The notes under the pieces were generated by a model that had not been told where the DNA came from, searched no databases, and worked only from the letters and a program-made list of their open reading frames with translations. From a virus (lineage: Duplodnaviria > Caudoviricetes): a stretch of DNA of 28,704 bases. The position numbers and the translations under genes are program-made. The stretch spans positions 1 to 28,704 of the IMG/VR virus record IMGVR_UViG_3300022670_001029; one strand, given 5' to 3'. Every line of letters starts with the position of its first letter. Position 1 is the first letter of the stretch. Shown here piece after piece: positions 1 through 8,911 of the stretch.

Positions 1-364
1 TAATGTTATCTGGCGTATATTCATGACCTTGAGGGCAATGTGTTTTAGCTTTGTTTTTAGCTCCTACTCCAACACCACGTAATATATTCACTTTTTTAGT
101 AACCTGTTCCAGATGTAGAGGATTTACACATTTTTTATTTCTGCATAGATGATCAATTTCTAAATCAGGATCTAGTTTTCCTCTAAACAAAATGTAAGAT
201 AATCTATATGCTTCAAAACTACGATATGAAGAATATTTGTATCCTATTTTACCATACCCGTCTTTAGAAATACATGCAGTCCAATTCCAACAGGATGTTT
301 TTTCATCTATTTTTATTTTGGATAATAATCTCTTTTTAGCTTTTTTATGATACTCATCTAACAA
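1..364 (-). CDS. HNH endonuclease (HNH_3 type), truncated by window edge; missing from ORF track
   Basis: Manual translation from TTG 364: MLDEYHKKAKKRLLSKIKIDEKTSCWNWTACISKDGYG...DHLCRNKKCVNPLHLEQVTKKVNILRG...THCPQGHEY; TTTATAAT box 22-29 nt upstream. Confidence 0.9.
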   Translation of the reverse strand, partial: MLDEYHKKAKKRLLSKIKIDEKTSCWNWTACISKDGYGKIGYKYSSYRSFEAYRLSYILFRGKLDPDLEIDHLCRNKKCVNPLHLEQVTKKVNILRGVGVGAKNKAKTHCPQGHEYTPDNI

Positions 365-401
365 TAAATAATTATGTAATAACTATTATAAAAATAGGGT
401 G

Positions 402-1499
402 TCATGCAGAAGAATCGAAAGGAATTGTCATACCAAAGTTTCTAGTTAGTTTGGTTAGCTGGGAATTTACTGCGATATACTCGTTAAAGTCTAGTTTCTT
501 TACAACTTCACTGTCTCGCTCCTCATCGTAATATCTTCGCATAATTACAGGGCCTTGTCCCAATCTTAGGGCATTTGCCTTGTTAATTGCAAACATTACA
601 TCGTCATTTGTAATCATTGCATCAACTACTGCAGTAATTCCAGGTATTCCTGGGAATGGTACGACACCGCCTGATGGCAATCTCATTGGAGATAGTCCGT
701 TTGGTCCGCCATTTTCAGTCCAAGTGTTTGAAGTGTAATTTGCGTACATTGTAGGACTCATTGCCACATAGTCAATTGATACATCATTGACAATCAAAAA
801 GTCTTTGAATAATTCCAAGAGATCATTGCCTGTATTATTAGTAGAGTGGAAGTTAGCACCGATATCTGATGGAGAACCTAATGTTGTTTGGGTATTTGCA
901 ATTTCTGAAAGTACGTTGATAGCTTCCTGGTTTCGTCTTCTCTTCATACCCCAATCTATTTGATTCTGGTCAATCTCTTTTGGATTGATTATTGTTCTGA
1001 TAATATCCTCAATTGGATTATACGTTTTACCTGTAAGTTTCTTTAAATCATATTCAATTTCATCATAGGTGGTTTGAGTTGACCTTGATTCCTCCATTCT
1101 GTCTAAATATTCTACATCTTGTGTAGTATCATAGAAGGTTTCTCTAAATTCTAACTGTGGAATGTCTCTATTCACATACATTGCATCAGTGTGGAAATAC
1201 ACATCAGGTACGCCTTGTGCTGCCTCAAATAATCTGACTAGTTGCAAGTGTGTAATGTTTTCAGAGTTTGCTATGGTTGTTGCAGCAGATAGTGAAAGAT
1301 TTTCATTTGCAATTTTTGCAAATAGTGCGGATGTGTTGTTCTGCATCGGGAGTGCCTTTGCAGATAATCCTTTCTTTGATGGTTGTTGAATTTTTGCATA
1401 AAGTTTCTGACCTTGAGGTACACCGCTTTCATGTTGACCAGTAAATACTCTACCGTCAGGGAAGATAGTTAAAGAGCCGTGATAAGAGTCGCCTTTCAT
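402..1499 (-). CDS. Major capsid protein (probable HK97 fold)
   Basis: 365 aa; last gene of portal-protease/scaffold-cement block; YVAMSPTMY..Y and PGIPGITAVVDAMI segments resemble the HK97 A-domain. Confidence 0.75.
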   Translation of the reverse strand: MKGDSYHGSLTIFPDGRVFTGQHESGVPQGQKLYAKIQQPSKKGLSAKALPMQNNTSALFAKIANENLSLSAATTIANSENITHLQLVRLFEAAQGVPDVYFHTDAMYVNRDIPQLEFRETFYDTTQDVEYLDRMEESRSTQTTYDEIEYDLKKLTGKTYNPIEDIIRTIINPKEIDQNQIDWGMKRRRNQEAINVLSEIANTQTTLGSPSDIGANFHSTNNTGNDLLELFKDFLIVNDVSIDYVAMSPTMYANYTSNTWTENGGPNGLSPMRLPSGGVVPFPGIPGITAVVDAMITNDDVMFAINKANALRLGQGPVIMRRYYDEERDSEVVKKLDFNEYIAVNSQLTKLTRNFGMTIPFDSSA

Positions 1500-1957
1500 T
1501 ATGGCTGCACTGTCTCCACTACTACTCTATCGCCTGCTGCTGAAACGAACTTTTTACTTGAATCAGTATTTCTAGTGTAAATTTCAAAAATTTTTCCTAT
1601 GTAAAAATTATTATCCTTGGTTCCAACAATTACTGTATCTGTGTTTGCAACTAGTTTAACATTTTGACCTGGAGTAAGGCCACCGGCAGAATCAATAAAG
1701 ATCATTCTTGTTCTTGGACCTAAAACTTGAACTTCGTTTTCGCCTGCTGTTCCTGCAACTGGAATATTTGCCATTGCTTGGAAAATACCTGTTGCAAGAT
1801 CAACTGCATCATTTCCTACATCTTCTAATTGTCCAGAAGAGTCGACTCTGTAAACTACACCTTTAACTATATCAATAGCAGAAACGGGCAATGTAGTTAC
1901 GACTGAATATTGAGGGTATGGTACATCGCCTGGTACCATTGGATTTAGATCAGTCAT
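1499..1957 (-). CDS. Capsid cement/decoration protein candidate
   Basis: Gly/Val-rich beta protein between scaffold and MCP (IVKGVVYRVDSSG, GLTPGQNV); start reassigned to ATG 1957 with GGAGGT about 12 nt upstream. Confidence 0.6.
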   Translation of the reverse strand: MTDLNPMVPGDVPYPQYSVVTTLPVSAIDIVKGVVYRVDSSGQLEDVGNDAVDLATGIFQAMANIPVAGTAGENEVQVLGPRTRMIFIDSAGGLTPGQNVKLVANTDTVIVGTKDNNFYIGKIFEIYTRNTDSSKKFVSAAGDRVVVETVQP

Positions 1958-1958
1958 T

Positions 1959-3389
1959 TTATGCTGTGACCTCCGCGATCTGATCAAAGGTTTTGCCCTT
2001 CAAACCAGAAACATCACTCATTCCATTAAACACAAATTCTGTGTCTGGAGTAACTGATGCCTGCATACTGTTAATTTCATATTTATTATCATCATATTTG
2101 CTTAAAATTTCATCATAGGTTTTTCCCTTTAGTGATGCGTGGTATTCATTAACTTCTTTTGCACCCAAACCGTTGTTTGATTTTAGTGTAACAAGATTTT
2201 CAATCATTGAATTTTTTTCTTTGCCCTCTAATGCAGAAAGTCTTGCCATCATTTTGTCTTTTTCTGGATCATCATGAGTTGCTTTCTTTGATTTCATATC
2301 CTCATCGACTTCCATTGCAGCCTTTAGATCATCTTTATCGTCCTCGTTTGCCCTTAGACTTGCAACCATCTTTTCGCGTTCTTTATCTTCTACATTTGCA
2401 AAGAGTTTTGCATATCTACCTTTTCTAGCTTCATGAGATTTGTCCTTGTCATCTTTTTCCTCTTGAGCTTTTAATTTAGATTTGAGGTCATGGTTTTCTT
2501 TTTCCATTGCCTCCATGCGTTTATGATCATCATCTTCCATGTTATTCTGTCTAGCAGAGCATGAACAAGTCTTAAAAGAACTTTTAGCTTTGTTTCCTTT
2601 TGATTCTCCACATTCAGAAAATGCAATAGCTAATGCTTGATCATCAATTTTAATTCCAGAATCTTTTTTCTCTTTGATAATTTTCTGAACACATGCACTA
2701 GCTGATAATAAAATTAATTGTCCCTTGTGTTTGTAGAGTAATGGAATTTCTTGAAGATGTGAAATGTTTTCAGCATTTGCAATTGTGGTGTCTGCTGATA
2801 ATTTTCCAGATAATAATTTTACATCACAATCTTTTCCTTCACACATTGTTTTTACAGTTGCAGTGCCTTTACCATATGCAGGGCTATTCTTCAAAAAGGC
2901 ATCATGAACAAACTTCCATGCGTTTGTATCAATAATTGGAAGGCCTGCTCTCCCCTTACCTAATACTTTAACACCATTTACAAGAGGCCAGATGAGTGGT
3001 GATACATATTTTATCTCTCGTTTTTGGAGTTTTTCCCAAAAGTTATCATCTTCTACCTTATGAATAAAGTCTACTGACTCTTCTTCCTCATTTATGACAT
3101 AATCAATAATCTTTGTTCGCTGGAACGGCTTTTGTTTTGCTACATTTTCCTCAAATGTATCAGCCTCCACATGGTCCAGGTCACACCCTTCTGCCTTGCA
3201 TACCTCATATTCTATTCCTGGGAATTGCAAGGCAGTATGAACATATTTTTTAATTGATTCCCATGTTGCCCTCCATTCGTTTTTGTTTCTCTGGGAATTC
3301 ATCCCAAATGTTCGAACGAATCTTCCTTCTTCTCCCTTCCAGTTTGTAAATAAATTTGACTTTGGAATCTCTTTGGCTTGTAAATACAT
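1959..3389 (-). CDS. Prohead protease-scaffold fusion (assemblin/Mu gpI-like protease plus charged helical scaffold)
   Basis: N-terminal RNKNEWR, LDH, YVSP, HDAFLKNSPAYG motifs; C-terminal half is K/E/D-rich coiled coil; lies between portal and MCP. Confidence 0.75.
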   Translation of the reverse strand: MYLQAKEIPKSNLFTNWKGEEGRFVRTFGMNSQRNKNEWRATWESIKKYVHTALQFPGIEYEVCKAEGCDLDHVEADTFEENVAKQKPFQRTKIIDYVINEEEESVDFIHKVEDDNFWEKLQKREIKYVSPLIWPLVNGVKVLGKGRAGLPIIDTNAWKFVHDAFLKNSPAYGKGTATVKTMCEGKDCDVKLLSGKLSADTTIANAENISHLQEIPLLYKHKGQLILLSASACVQKIIKEKKDSGIKIDDQALAIAFSECGESKGNKAKSSFKTCSCSARQNNMEDDDHKRMEAMEKENHDLKSKLKAQEEKDDKDKSHEARKGRYAKLFANVEDKEREKMVASLRANEDDKDDLKAAMEVDEDMKSKKATHDDPEKDKMMARLSALEGKEKNSMIENLVTLKSNNGLGAKEVNEYHASLKGKTYDEILSKYDDNKYEINSMQASVTPDTEFVFNGMSDVSGLKGKTFDQIAEVTA

Positions 3390-3432
3390 CTAAAACTTGG
3401 AACTATTTTAAATCATAAAAGAAGATTTAGTA

Positions 3433-3693
3433 TTATTCTTTTGGAATAGTAGCTGGGGTTTTTATTTTATTTTTGATAAACTTTGGATGTTTCTGTTTTC
3501 CCTTTTGTATGATTCGTGGTTCCTTGTTTGGGTCAGTAATGTTTTTCATTTCGTTTTCTAATCTTGCAATTGTGTTTGCCTGTTTTTCCACTTGTTGTTC
3601 AAGAGTAGTATTAGGGGATTCTTGTTTTTCGACTTGTTGTTCAAGAGTAGTATTAGGGGATTCTTGTTTAGTAAAAGAAGTATTTTTAGCCAT
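3433..3693 (-). CDS. Small coiled-coil protein with duplicated KQESPNTTLEQQVE
   Basis: 86-aa ORF in head module with its own upstream promoter-like box. Confidence 0.6.
   Translation of the reverse strand: MAKNTSFTKQESPNTTLEQQVEKQESPNTTLEQQVEKQANTIARLENEMKNITDPNKEPRIIQKGKQKHPKFIKNKIKTPATIPKE
3581..3669. repeat. 42-bp tandem duplication (about 2 copies)
   Basis: acttgttgttcaagagtagtattaggggattcttgttt occurs twice, 42 nt apart. Confidence 0.95.
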
Positions 3694-3729
3694 CTAGTTT
3701 TAAGTTAAAAATGAATAATATAAGAACAT

Positions 3730-5484
3730 TTACAAATTACCTTTTTTTAATGTGATCTTTTCAGTACCAGATCCTATACTCATCTTGTTTTTACCACTAC
3801 CTCCAGGAATAGTCTCCGCATCAGTCTCTACCATTCCAGGATAATTAATTAATCCCATTAACTTTCCATATTCCACATCTGTTAGTTGTTTTCTTGAATC
3901 AATCTCATTTACTGCCTCTACCTTATCAAACCATTCAGCAATGTTTAGATCCTCGAATCTCATTACTACTCTGAATTTCTTTAATAATTTCTCATCTTTC
4001 TGGTTCATTATTCTAAACCACTTGTCATATGTCTGAGGAGATATTGAGCGATTAATCCATTCTCGCATTGGGTTGATGGTAACTGCAATTGCTAGCTGTA
4101 TCTTTCCAATCATTGTGGCCCTATTTGATGCAGATTCATCATAGAACAACGCATGAGGCATTCCCAATGTAGCTGCTGCGTATTTTACCAAGGATTCGTT
4201 CATGTTGATAAAAGAATCCACTTCTGGTTTGTAGTCGATATTGTCAAATCGTGTCAAATTTGGATCCTTCATCAAAACGTTTGTAGTTGCAGGAACGAGT
4301 CTTTGGGATACCAAGTTGTATTCCTCTTCTTTTTTGGCTGCAGTAGATCCTTCTGGCTTTATTGATAGTAATCCTAATCCAGAGTATGCATTCTCGCCCA
4401 TTGCAACAAAATTTACACCAATGTTTGTTCTTAACACCCGTAATGCATCAATCATGGGGAGCATGAAGGAGTCGCCATACCACATTGAATTGTATGTGTT
4501 GGCAGATACCAACGGATTCCACAAATATGTTGAATCTTCAATATCTACAAATCCATTGGAGTTATTCCACTGGAACTGCTCTAATCTTGCCGTGTAATGA
4601 TTTGTCTTTATCATTCCCATCTCTCTTGCATGTGCGTTTTGCATAGAGCTTGGAATGTCGCCGTAGTGTCTGCCATCAATTGTTACTGGTGTATCATATC
4701 TGGATAGTAAGGCTGAGCGATTAAAGGTAATTGCATTAAGTGCTAGTGATGCCACCTTTTCCTGATATGAAATATCCAAGTATCCAGCCTCATCAAATGA
4801 TAACTGGTTTTCTATCTGGATTAGATCACGAATTATATCTGAATGTGAATCAATCTCTTTTTGATTTTGTATGGAATCCTCTCCTGGATTAATTAATTCT
4901 AATTCTGGTTTGAATCCCCTACCAAAAATAAAAGTAACCATAGATCTTAACAATGGTCCACCGATTGTACTTCTGGCATGAGCCTCAAATGTCATGTAAT
5001 CTAAAGACTGTGCAGGATTTGAAAAATATCTAGGAAACCATCTCTGTTTTGTATTTCTTCTGTATGTGATTTCAGCAGCTGATAGCGGAGCTCCTGAATA
5101 TTCATCATTAACTACAAGGTGCATGTAGGGCTTCCAGTGATTAATGATATCCTCATCGTACTCTGTGTCTACTCCAAAAAGAGATGGTTCTAATTTTGTT
5201 CTTTTGCCCAATATTGGACCGGCAGCTACTGCTATTCTGTACTCTTTTTTCTTTGTATTGGGATTTATTGTCTCTTCTTTTATTCCGTCATATCCTTCCC
5301 AGGATAGTACGGATTGTCCTGTCTCTTTTTTCTTTGAGAACTTTACTTTAGTAGTTAGTTGTCTTGCCCTCCATACTTTGGTTCTGTTAATTTTAAATTT
5401 TAATGCAATTTGAGAATCTGTAAATTGAGGATAACGAATAATATATTTTGCAATTTTATCTATGGTGTGTTCTTTTTTGTTCAC
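3730..5484 (-). CDS. Portal protein with N-terminal HTH-like extension
   Basis: 584 aa between terminase and protease; YGDSFMLPM, AATLGMPHALF...SNRAT, NPMREWINRSI resemble portal motifs; N-terminus TDSQIALKFKINRTKVWRARQ is HTH-like. Confidence 0.8.
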   Translation of the reverse strand: MNKKEHTIDKIAKYIIRYPQFTDSQIALKFKINRTKVWRARQLTTKVKFSKKKETGQSVLSWEGYDGIKEETINPNTKKKEYRIAVAAGPILGKRTKLEPSLFGVDTEYDEDIINHWKPYMHLVVNDEYSGAPLSAAEITYRRNTKQRWFPRYFSNPAQSLDYMTFEAHARSTIGGPLLRSMVTFIFGRGFKPELELINPGEDSIQNQKEIDSHSDIIRDLIQIENQLSFDEAGYLDISYQEKVASLALNAITFNRSALLSRYDTPVTIDGRHYGDIPSSMQNAHAREMGMIKTNHYTARLEQFQWNNSNGFVDIEDSTYLWNPLVSANTYNSMWYGDSFMLPMIDALRVLRTNIGVNFVAMGENAYSGLGLLSIKPEGSTAAKKEEEYNLVSQRLVPATTNVLMKDPNLTRFDNIDYKPEVDSFINMNESLVKYAAATLGMPHALFYDESASNRATMIGKIQLAIAVTINPMREWINRSISPQTYDKWFRIMNQKDEKLLKKFRVVMRFEDLNIAEWFDKVEAVNEIDSRKQLTDVEYGKLMGLINYPGMVETDAETIPGGSGKNKMSIGSGTEKITLKKGNL

Positions 5485-5510
5485 GAACGTTCACTGAACA
5501 TTTATGAACA
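5468..5510. promoter_or_regulatory. 10-bp-phased GTTC(A)/(T)GAAC inverted array over the portal start
   Basis: GTTC at 5469, 5479, 5489; GAAC at 5485, 5496, 5506. Confidence 0.45.
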
Positions 5511-5532
5511 ATTGATAAAGGAATTATTTTAA

Positions 5533-6033
5533 CTAGGCAGCATCCGCACTTGCGATGTCTGATGGCGGACCTGTACCAATTGAATTAATTGCAGACACTC
5601 TGAAGAAAAACGTAGCACCAGTACTAAGACCGGAGACTGTAATGGATGGTGTCGTACTTGGTGTATGACCAAATGTATTCACATCGGATACAAAATTATC
5701 ATCACTAAATTCTATTAGGTAATCAGTGATTGCGGAACCGCCGGCATTGCTAGGCGCATTCCAAGTAAGATCCACTTCACCTGAACTTACTCCTGTAACT
5801 GCTACTAGATCGGTTGGTGCTGCAGGAGCAGATAAAATTTCTCGTGCTACTACTACTATTGTTGCCCTAAGATTACCGCCAGAGCCTGTGGGATTTATGA
5901 TATGATGACCTATTATTTCAAAATTATCAGGTGGAAATGTATTAGTTAATCCAGGAGGAATTACACTAGTATCAACTTCTTTTTCTCTAAGTTTGGTAGG
6001 AAAAGATGAAAAGAAAATATCTCCACGTGTCAT
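5533..6033 (-). CDS. Fibronectin type III domain protein (probable virion surface protein)
   Basis: PAAPTDL...VDLTWNAPSNAGGSAITDYLIE...VSGLSTGATFFFRVSAINSIGTGPPS is a canonical FN3 pattern; N-terminal ~68 aa resemble the neighbouring ORF. Confidence 0.9.
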   Translation of the reverse strand: MTRGDIFFSSFPTKLREKEVDTSVIPPGLTNTFPPDNFEIIGHHIINPTGSGGNLRATIVVVAREILSAPAAPTDLVAVTGVSSGEVDLTWNAPSNAGGSAITDYLIEFSDDNFVSDVNTFGHTPSTTPSITVSGLSTGATFFFRVSAINSIGTGPPSDIASADAA

Positions 6034-6248
6034 TAGTTTATCTCCCTTCCCACTACAACAATTACAACTCTGCTTGAAGTCTTACTTGCTGTAATGGTAA
6101 CGGCATTACTTACTACAATATCAAATCTGTTAGGATTGAATAGATCAGAGGGACCCAATTGTATTCTATGTGGAGGACTGCCTGGTGGAGGATTTTGTAA
6201 ATCAAAAGTAAGTGCTGTTCTAACCATGAACATCTTTCCGTCAGTCAT
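6033..6248 (-). CDS. Small beta-rich protein, paralogue of the FN3 protein N-terminal domain
   Basis: MTDGKMF..FNPNRFDI..IVVVGREI versus MTRGDIF..FPPDNFEI..IVVVAREI; coupled by start/stop overlaps. Confidence 0.7.
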   Translation of the reverse strand: MTDGKMFMVRTALTFDLQNPPPGSPPHRIQLGPSDLFNPNRFDIVVSNAVTITASKTSSRVVIVVVGREIN

Positions 6249-6451
6249 GATGTTTTAGAAGCTCCTGAAACATCCACTACCGTTGTAATTTTTCCATTGG
6301 CACCACCAATATCATGCAAATCAATTTGTAAATCGTCATAGTCTGCTGTTGGGAAAACAACAGCCCCACCATTCAGTGGAACAAGTACACTATCGGCATC
6401 ATCACCAGATACCACTATACCTGTTCTGGCTCGTCCGTAAGTTCCAACCAT
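6245..6451 (-). CDS. Small beta-rich protein (possible third paralogue)
   Basis: Start reassigned to ATG 6451 (MVGTYGRART), TTCCTTTA box 24-31 nt upstream; ATGA overlap with next gene. Confidence 0.6.
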   Translation of the reverse strand: MVGTYGRARTGIVVSGDDADSVLVPLNGGAVVFPTADYDDLQIDLHDIGGANGKITTVVDVSGASKTS

Positions 6452-6530
6452 AGTTAAAAGTAATATTTGCAAGTTAAAGGAATTATCATCTATCTATAAT
6501 CACTAAGCAAGAGTCAGTTAATAATGTCAG

Positions 6531-7223
6531 TTAATAATATGTAACATATCTTCCCATACCCCCATAACCAGAATACGCTGCAACAATGTCGCTGTCATTT
6601 TTATAATCAGGTGTATGGGGATTATATTTTGAACGTCTTTTGCCACGCTTTACTGGACCAAGAACTGGCATTCCATCATCGCCAGCTAGAATGTTTCGTA
6701 CACCAAAACAGCATATCATTAGTGCCTTTGTGAGATTATCTAGTTCATCACCTGGAGAATAGTAATCTATACCTCCAGCCTCTGTTTTATGTTCTGTGAA
6801 TAACTCTATCTGGTTTACTAGTTCCTGCATGTCTTTTCCACGTTTTGGGGGGAATTGTATCCTATGCTTTAGCTTTAAGGATAGCATAAACTGTGTAATT
6901 TCCATCTTATCCATAACCAATAATCGCTCAATGTCTGCAGGATCTGGCATGTTCTTTTTTGTAGTAATTACATTAACTGATATGTTATGCTTTTTGATTT
7001 CTTTAATTAGATGCTCCCCTAATGACTGGTCAACGTACATGTTTGACCACTGTATGTCATGATATGCATTTGCTATATCCAAAGGAATTTGATTAATCTG
7101 TTGTCTGCTCCACTGTTTGGCTAGCCCCACCTGTACAACTAGATCCTCATCAGGATCTATTCCAACTAATCCAAATGTACTGCGCTGTTTGGAATAAGCT
7201 AGTGCAACTGTTTTGTTACTCAT
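6531..7223 (-). CDS. Terminase nuclease-like (RNase H fold) paralogue with degenerate active site
   Basis: Colinear with 7216-7788 (FGLVG, AKQW, MDK, HRIQFP, DMQELVNQ) but GDPARYGD is LAYSKQRST and HDD is LDN. Confidence 0.75.
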   Translation of the reverse strand: MSNKTVALAYSKQRSTFGLVGIDPDEDLVVQVGLAKQWSRQQINQIPLDIANAYHDIQWSNMYVDQSLGEHLIKEIKKHNISVNVITTKKNMPDPADIERLLVMDKMEITQFMLSLKLKHRIQFPPKRGKDMQELVNQIELFTEHKTEAGGIDYYSPGDELDNLTKALMICCFGVRNILAGDDGMPVLGPVKRGKRRSKYNPHTPDYKNDSDIVAAYSGYGGMGRYVTYY

Positions 7224-7788
7224 ATCTCTCTTGCATCTCCTCCCACCATATACGAATAATATTGCATCCGATTAATTTTGCCATAAATAGATCATCATGT
7301 CTTCCACGCATTCTCTTGTATGATGTGTGGCCAGAGGGTAATGGGATTCCTATCATTTCATTGTCCTGGTTGATGAGTTCATCCATATCTGCAGTTCTGT
7401 TTTGGGGGTATAGTATGCGGTGCTGTTTTTGCTGTATTGAATACCATTTCATCATGAATGGCTTGTCCATGGAATGGCCGTTTTTCCTTGTCTGCTCAGT
7501 TAGGTTAGCTGATGTGTTTATTCCAATCATCATCGGGAGTTTGTATTTTGTCCTGAATAGTGATAGTAATTTCTTTCCATGGTAATTCATTTCTATCCCC
7601 ATAATGTCAAGATCTATTGTTCTTTGTATGGATGTGAAATGTTTTGCTACAACTGAATATTTTTTCCCGATGAATTGTTTGGCGTGTCTGATGTGAATTA
7701 GTTTCTGTGGGTATACTCCCTCTAGTCCCACCACTCCAAACGCATCACCATACCTTGCAGGATCTCCAATTAGTACATCAAGATTCAT
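7216..7788 (-). CDS. Terminase large subunit nuclease domain as a stand-alone gene
   Basis: LIGDPARYGDAFGVVG, GIEMN, HDDLFMA acidic motifs typical of the TerL C-terminal nuclease. Confidence 0.85.
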   Translation of the reverse strand: MNLDVLIGDPARYGDAFGVVGLEGVYPQKLIHIRHAKQFIGKKYSVVAKHFTSIQRTIDLDIMGIEMNYHGKKLLSLFRTKYKLPMMIGINTSANLTEQTRKNGHSMDKPFMMKWYSIQQKQHRILYPQNRTADMDELINQDNEMIGIPLPSGHTSYKRMRGRHDDLFMAKLIGCNIIRIWWEEMQERYE

Positions 7789-8911
7789 GCCAGGTTATCT
7801 CGCTGTTATCATTATCATCATCATCAACTGATTCCACAAAGTTGTCATCCTCGTCAGGGTGTGTGATATCCATATTACTAGAATTATAACTAGAATAGCC
7901 CCACTCTGGTTTTCCACGCATATCTTCTTTCCCTACAATTCCAAATATAGAATCCTCACCAATTGAAAACACACATAGATATTCCTGATTTGGATCTCCA
8001 GTAGTTGATGATAGCATTTGCTCTATCTGTTCTTTGGTGTACAGGTTCCCCTCTGCGTTCCATATGTCATATTGTAATCTGATGTATTCGTTTTTGGTTT
8101 TGGTGATTTTGAAAAACATTTTGACTGGCCTTTTCGGAGTTGACACCAAAAATAGATCTCCACCTGATGCTCGAATAATTGGCTCAACGGAATTAAACAC
8201 GGGTAGATCATCAACTAACCTCCATTTTGCTGCCTCATCCATGAGTATGCATTTGTATTTTGTATCTCCAGTGATGGCCTCCTCAGATGCTGAGAATGCC
8301 TCAATGACTGTTCCATTGGCTAGCTTCATTACACCAGACTTTATCCATTGTGATACTACTGGTTTAATATTTAGAAATAATCTAGCAAAACGCCTCAAGT
8401 CTTTTCTTGCCAGATTACCATTAGTTGCTGCCATGATTCCAACGTTATATCCTGCATACAATGAAAAACTAAGAAACTGAATCAGTCTCAACATGATTTC
8501 TGTAAATCCCATTTGCCTGCCTTTGTTCAGATGGTAAAAGAAATACTGACGGAGTAATTTGGTTAATAGTTCTCCTGTAACTTTATGATTCTGAATGATA
8601 TCATACTTGTTTTTTAAGATTGTATACACCATGTCTAGCTGGTATGGAGTTAATGGCATCTCCTCATTTGTTGCCGGATGTCTTGGTAATCCTACAATAT
8701 GAGTTACACAACATTCTGCAGTATGTTGATAATCTGGATTTGTTTTGTGTAATGTATTATCTCCACACCAGAACTGCATATGTGATAATTTCTCACAAAG
8801 TATTAGGCCTGCTTGTTGATCATTAGAATATGTTTGAGAGTCCTTATTTGATTTGCTCTTCTGACTTGGATTCCCCGTGAATACATTGATTGTCTTCTCG
8901 TACTGTGTCAT
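7778..8911 (-). CDS. terL: Terminase large subunit ATPase domain with acidic C-terminal tail, no nuclease domain
   Basis: LTPYQ Q-motif, Walker A KGRQMGFTE, Walker B CILMDEAA, coupling motif LVSTP, QEYLCVF. Confidence 0.9.
   Translation of the reverse strand: MTQYEKTINVFTGNPSQKSKSNKDSQTYSNDQQAGLILCEKLSHMQFWCGDNTLHKTNPDYQHTAECCVTHIVGLPRHPATNEEMPLTPYQLDMVYTILKNKYDIIQNHKVTGELLTKLLRQYFFYHLNKGRQMGFTEIMLRLIQFLSFSLYAGYNVGIMAATNGNLARKDLRRFARLFLNIKPVVSQWIKSGVMKLANGTVIEAFSASEEAITGDTKYKCILMDEAAKWRLVDDLPVFNSVEPIIRASGGDLFLVSTPKRPVKMFFKITKTKNEYIRLQYDIWNAEGNLYTKEQIEQMLSSTTGDPNQEYLCVFSIGEDSIFGIVGKEDMRGKPEWGYSSYNSSNMDITHPDEDDNFVESVDDDDNDNSEITWHES

Noticed and set aside
7778-7800. Programmed frameshift fusing ATPase and nuclease
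   Set aside because: Nuclease frame has TAA three codons before its ATG and no slippery heptamer is evident; an 11-nt start/stop overlap fits translational coupling
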